A stretch of 62,984 bases of DNA, filler included. It is 5 parts of 5 records of this genome, joined end to end, with 100 filler letters (N's around TTAATTAATTAA, not from the genome) between each part and the next. Parts side by side here need not be neighbours in the genome. Positions count along the whole stretch, not along the records: positions 56,582 to 62,984 come from SRR31156797_9793; 4 more parts are not named here. One strand, 5' to 3'. The notes below the pieces were generated by a model, which was not told the origin of the DNA, searched no databases, and saw only the letters and a list, made by a program, of their open reading frames with translations. The translations under genes were made by a program, and so were the position numbers. This document shows, one piece after another, positions 61,301 to 62,984 of the stretch. Numbering within the stretch: position 1 is the stretch's first letter; each line of letters begins with the position of its first letter.

Positions 61301-61688
61301 GTAATTTATCCGCCAGCTTAATATTGGCTTTATGGATAACAATTAGTCTATCATTTACGGTATAGGTAATATTGGAGCCTTTCAAAACCCGGGTAAGTAT
61401 CTTGTCTACCGTTTGATTAATAAAATCGGCATCCACTTCTTTACTTAAATCAATCTGTTTAAGATTGTACATAAAAGAAAACTCTGATTGATTTTCAATC
61501 ATTTCAAACAACTCCCTAAGTGTGAGGTGATTCCCCTTAATTGTTAGTTCTTTGGTTTGGGAATAGCTGGAGGCTGAAACCTGCAACAATAAAACAAACA
61601 TAAACACCCCGATTAGTTTCATAATCCGTAAGATTTTAAGGAGGTCGTCGTATTGACAACTTCTCCCCCGTTTTAGTTTTTTTTTCAT
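58320..61688 (-). CDS. SusC/RagA TonB-dependent transporter with N-terminal STN signalling extension
   Basis: LEEVVAVGYG, LKDASSTAIYGSRAANGVVVITTK, RRDGSSRF, C-terminal F; IENQSEFSF STN region. Confidence 0.96.
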   Translation of the reverse strand: MKKKLKRGRSCQYDDLLKILRIMKLIGVFMFVLLLQVSASSYSQTKELTIKGNHLTLRELFEMIENQSEFSFMYNLKQIDLSKEVDADFINQTVDKILTRVLKGSNITYTVNDRLIVIHKANIKLADKLHESQQRNISGKVSDSSGSPLPGVTIIVKGTSQGTVTDSDGSYSISNAPLDGILVFSFVGMKTQEINIDNQSFLNVVMEVDAIGLEEVVAVGYGTMRKADLTGSVSSVTGNDLSKNTVVNPLFALQGKAAGITITPVSGQPGASVQINIRGIQSINASNNPIYVIDGIISDGMGHVNLNDIENISVLKDASSTAIYGSRAANGVVVITTKRGKKGAPQITFHTYYGIQTQSNLKSDMLHSEDFLHLLEESYANSGQDVPNTGDLVDQYYRDANGNIIDTDWIDEITRTGSLEYYDLSVSGGSDKSNYFISSNYQKQDGVVIGQGQKKINFRFNSDHRIGDYIEFGNTLSLHSYKNFGLPSLGYVNYPNSPNPYLGALRKTPLTRPYEEDGSYGYTRYEGIEYRYIPPHLIANEYERSTDYNGFSGNIYVKIKPVKGLSITPKISVTKGYTNSASFTPTVHLEGTESIDVNQISKSTSNSLHWQADFMAEYEKTINEKHNFKVLGVYSQEESTYEYLTGSRDDTPLNSITYLDAADPSTAANSNGYSDWSFVSYLGRFNYDYAGKYLVQATIRRDGSSRFSEDNRWATFPSVSVGWRISEENFFANIKNTVNDLKIRASYGTVGNSAVGNYPTYASLGTTTYVLNETVVPAYSFRSAVNTDLKWETTKKKDLGIDMSFLDSKFSLSAVYFVANTTDLLFSKPLPTSSGKSGGLMVNGGEVENRGLEIDLGIRGKKGDFSYDINMNFARHRNEVIDLLGEDLTTSGLKVGEPVYSYYGFKSNGIIKTEADLAAAPSRSNLALGDVWLLDVESDEGETGVIDNADKTIIGKRYPDFTYGLVSNFYYKSFSLSVQMQGVNGIDLPYTTGNYFMGNPENNRTLILDRWHETENPDGNMPRIQTSDPAGNFSFSDFWLSDASYLKISNVTFSYNLPQQVCDKVLLKNAQVYFTAQNLYTFTKSDYRGVEVDVTYKSGYYGNPAQKMPLPRTMTMGVKLSF

Positions 61689-61732
61689 AAATTTGGCATG
61701 TTAATTCAATGATTTAATTATTATTGATTACT

Positions 61733-61768
61733 AAAGGTGGTTTGTCCTGGCCGACAGCCACCTTTTTT
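61733..61768 (-). promoter_or_regulatory. A-tract-led hairpin between fecR and susC
   Basis: Minus strand AAAAAAGGTGGCTGTC-GGCCAG-GACAAACCACCTTT. Confidence 0.6.
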
Positions 61769-61769
61769 G

Positions 61770-62783
61770 TTATTTCTTCATAGGCTTGTATGTTATTTCA
61801 AATTCTCTGAATCCCTTCTTTTCATAATCGATTGGAGCAGTAAGTTTAAGTCCATCAAGTACTTGCCAAATGGTTTCTTGGTTTCTGAAATTTCCGCTGT
61901 AAAGCATTTCATCCATTTGAGGCGAAGAATAGGTCAGGGTTACATCGTACCACCTTTCCAACCTCTTAATCAACTCGGGAAATGAAATTTCTTTATACCG
62001 AAACTCTCCATCTTTCCATGAAGATTCCACTTCCACATCACATTTTGCAACCTGATACTTCCTTTCTTCCCTATTTAAATAAAATTGCTGACCGGGAAGA
62101 ATATCAACTGGTTCTTTTTTATCCTGCAACAAAATATCAACCTTCCCTTCCTGTAACGACACTTTCGAAAATAAATCATCATCATAGGCACTCACGTTAA
62201 ATTGAGTCCCTGTCACCCGAATATTATAATCATTGGTTTTTACAGTAAAGGGATTATCCACATCAGATTTTACGATAAAAAAGGCTTCTCCAATTAAAGC
62301 CACTTCACGTTTCCCATCTATAAAAACAGAGGGGTATTGCAGTTCTGAACCAGAATTCAAAAAAACAAAAGTACTGTCAGCCAATATCACTTGCGATTTC
62401 GATCCGAGTGGGACGTTAACTTTAACCATTGCTTTTTCAAACTCAACATCAGGAATATCATTCCTTGTCATATTCACTATAAACATGGAAAAGAAGCCAA
62501 TGGCTAAAGCTGCAGCAATACCTGCCGCAGCTTTCCATTGCCTGGCTAAACGAACTAACGATTTACTATTTGAAGCCTTTTCTTTATAAAATGACAACAA
62601 GGCCTCTCTTGTCTTGTCCTCTTTTTTCAATGATGCATCCCAAATATCTTTTGTCTTAAAAAATGTTTTGCTGTTGTCTTCAGATTGAGCTAACCAATGG
62701 TTGAGTTCTATTTGGTCAGCTTCGTTAAATTCTCCATTCAGATAACGGGATATGATCTGTTCGATATCAGTTTTATGGTTCAT
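61770..62783 (-). CDS. FecR family anti-sigma factor
   Basis: TM segment; LADSTFVFLNSGSELQYP, GEAFF, TGTQFNV, LERWYDV; probable start MNHKTD at 62783. Confidence 0.94.
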   Translation of the reverse strand: MNHKTDIEQIISRYLNGEFNEADQIELNHWLAQSEDNSKTFFKTKDIWDASLKKEDKTREALLSFYKEKASNSKSLVRLARQWKAAAGIAAALAIGFFSMFIVNMTRNDIPDVEFEKAMVKVNVPLGSKSQVILADSTFVFLNSGSELQYPSVFIDGKREVALIGEAFFIVKSDVDNPFTVKTNDYNIRVTGTQFNVSAYDDDLFSKVSLQEGKVDILLQDKKEPVDILPGQQFYLNREERKYQVAKCDVEVESSWKDGEFRYKEISFPELIKRLERWYDVTLTYSSPQMDEMLYSGNFRNQETIWQVLDGLKLTAPIDYEKKGFREFEITYKPMKK

Positions 62784-62984
62784 TTTCTCACTTTGTATAC
62801 TCTTAATACACCTAAGCTGCAAAAACTACGTCACGAAAAAGAGATTTTTTTTGTACGAGGAGTTATATGAAGTAGTAACCAGATATCAGTATTATGTCAA
62901 CAGGTATGATAGCAATAAGTACTTCCCTAACCTAATTTTATCCTCAATTCATTTTCCAAAACACACATTCCGTGTTTCAGTTAT

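Noticed and set aside
22064-62984. Large Bacteroidota-derived genomic island in a Vibrio chromosome
   Set aside because: Junctions are synthetic six-frame-stop linkers, with no integrase or att context.

Overview
This is not one genome. It is five unrelated contigs joined by four artificial 100-nt linkers (N44-TTAATTAATTAA-N44 at 22064-22163, 37613-37712, 49855-49954, 56482-56581), so no linkage can be inferred across linkers. (1) 1-22063: ordinary Vibrio-type core region, ybeZ-ybeY-corC-lnt, ybeL, leuS-lptE-holA-rsfS-rlmH-mrdA-rodA-rlpA-dacA-ybeD-lipB-lipA, a small lipoprotein, glyA, a YitT gene and a truncated RND pump. (2) 22164-37612: AT-rich Bacteroidota contig with redox and glycoside-utilisation genes (GH2, esterase, Nudix-type regulator, GH3, TIM-barrel) ending in an unexplained 21-bp-period palindromic array. 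(3) 37713-49854: Bacteroidota contig with a hybrid two-component system (HTCS) and a candidate tandem operator in front of a CAZyme-free operon. The operon encodes two phage-tail-fibre-like secreted paralogs (one with a candidate self-cleaving chaperone), a trypsin-like protease and a T9SS cargo. The contig starts and ends with the same 13 bp. This is the best candidate for an undescribed system. (4) 49955-56481: GC-rich, Desulfobacterota-like contig with a large sigma-54 activator and alpha-2-macroglobulin/pbpC. (5) 56582-62984: Bacteroidota fecR-susC-susD. All calls come from motif recognition by eye; no searches were run.
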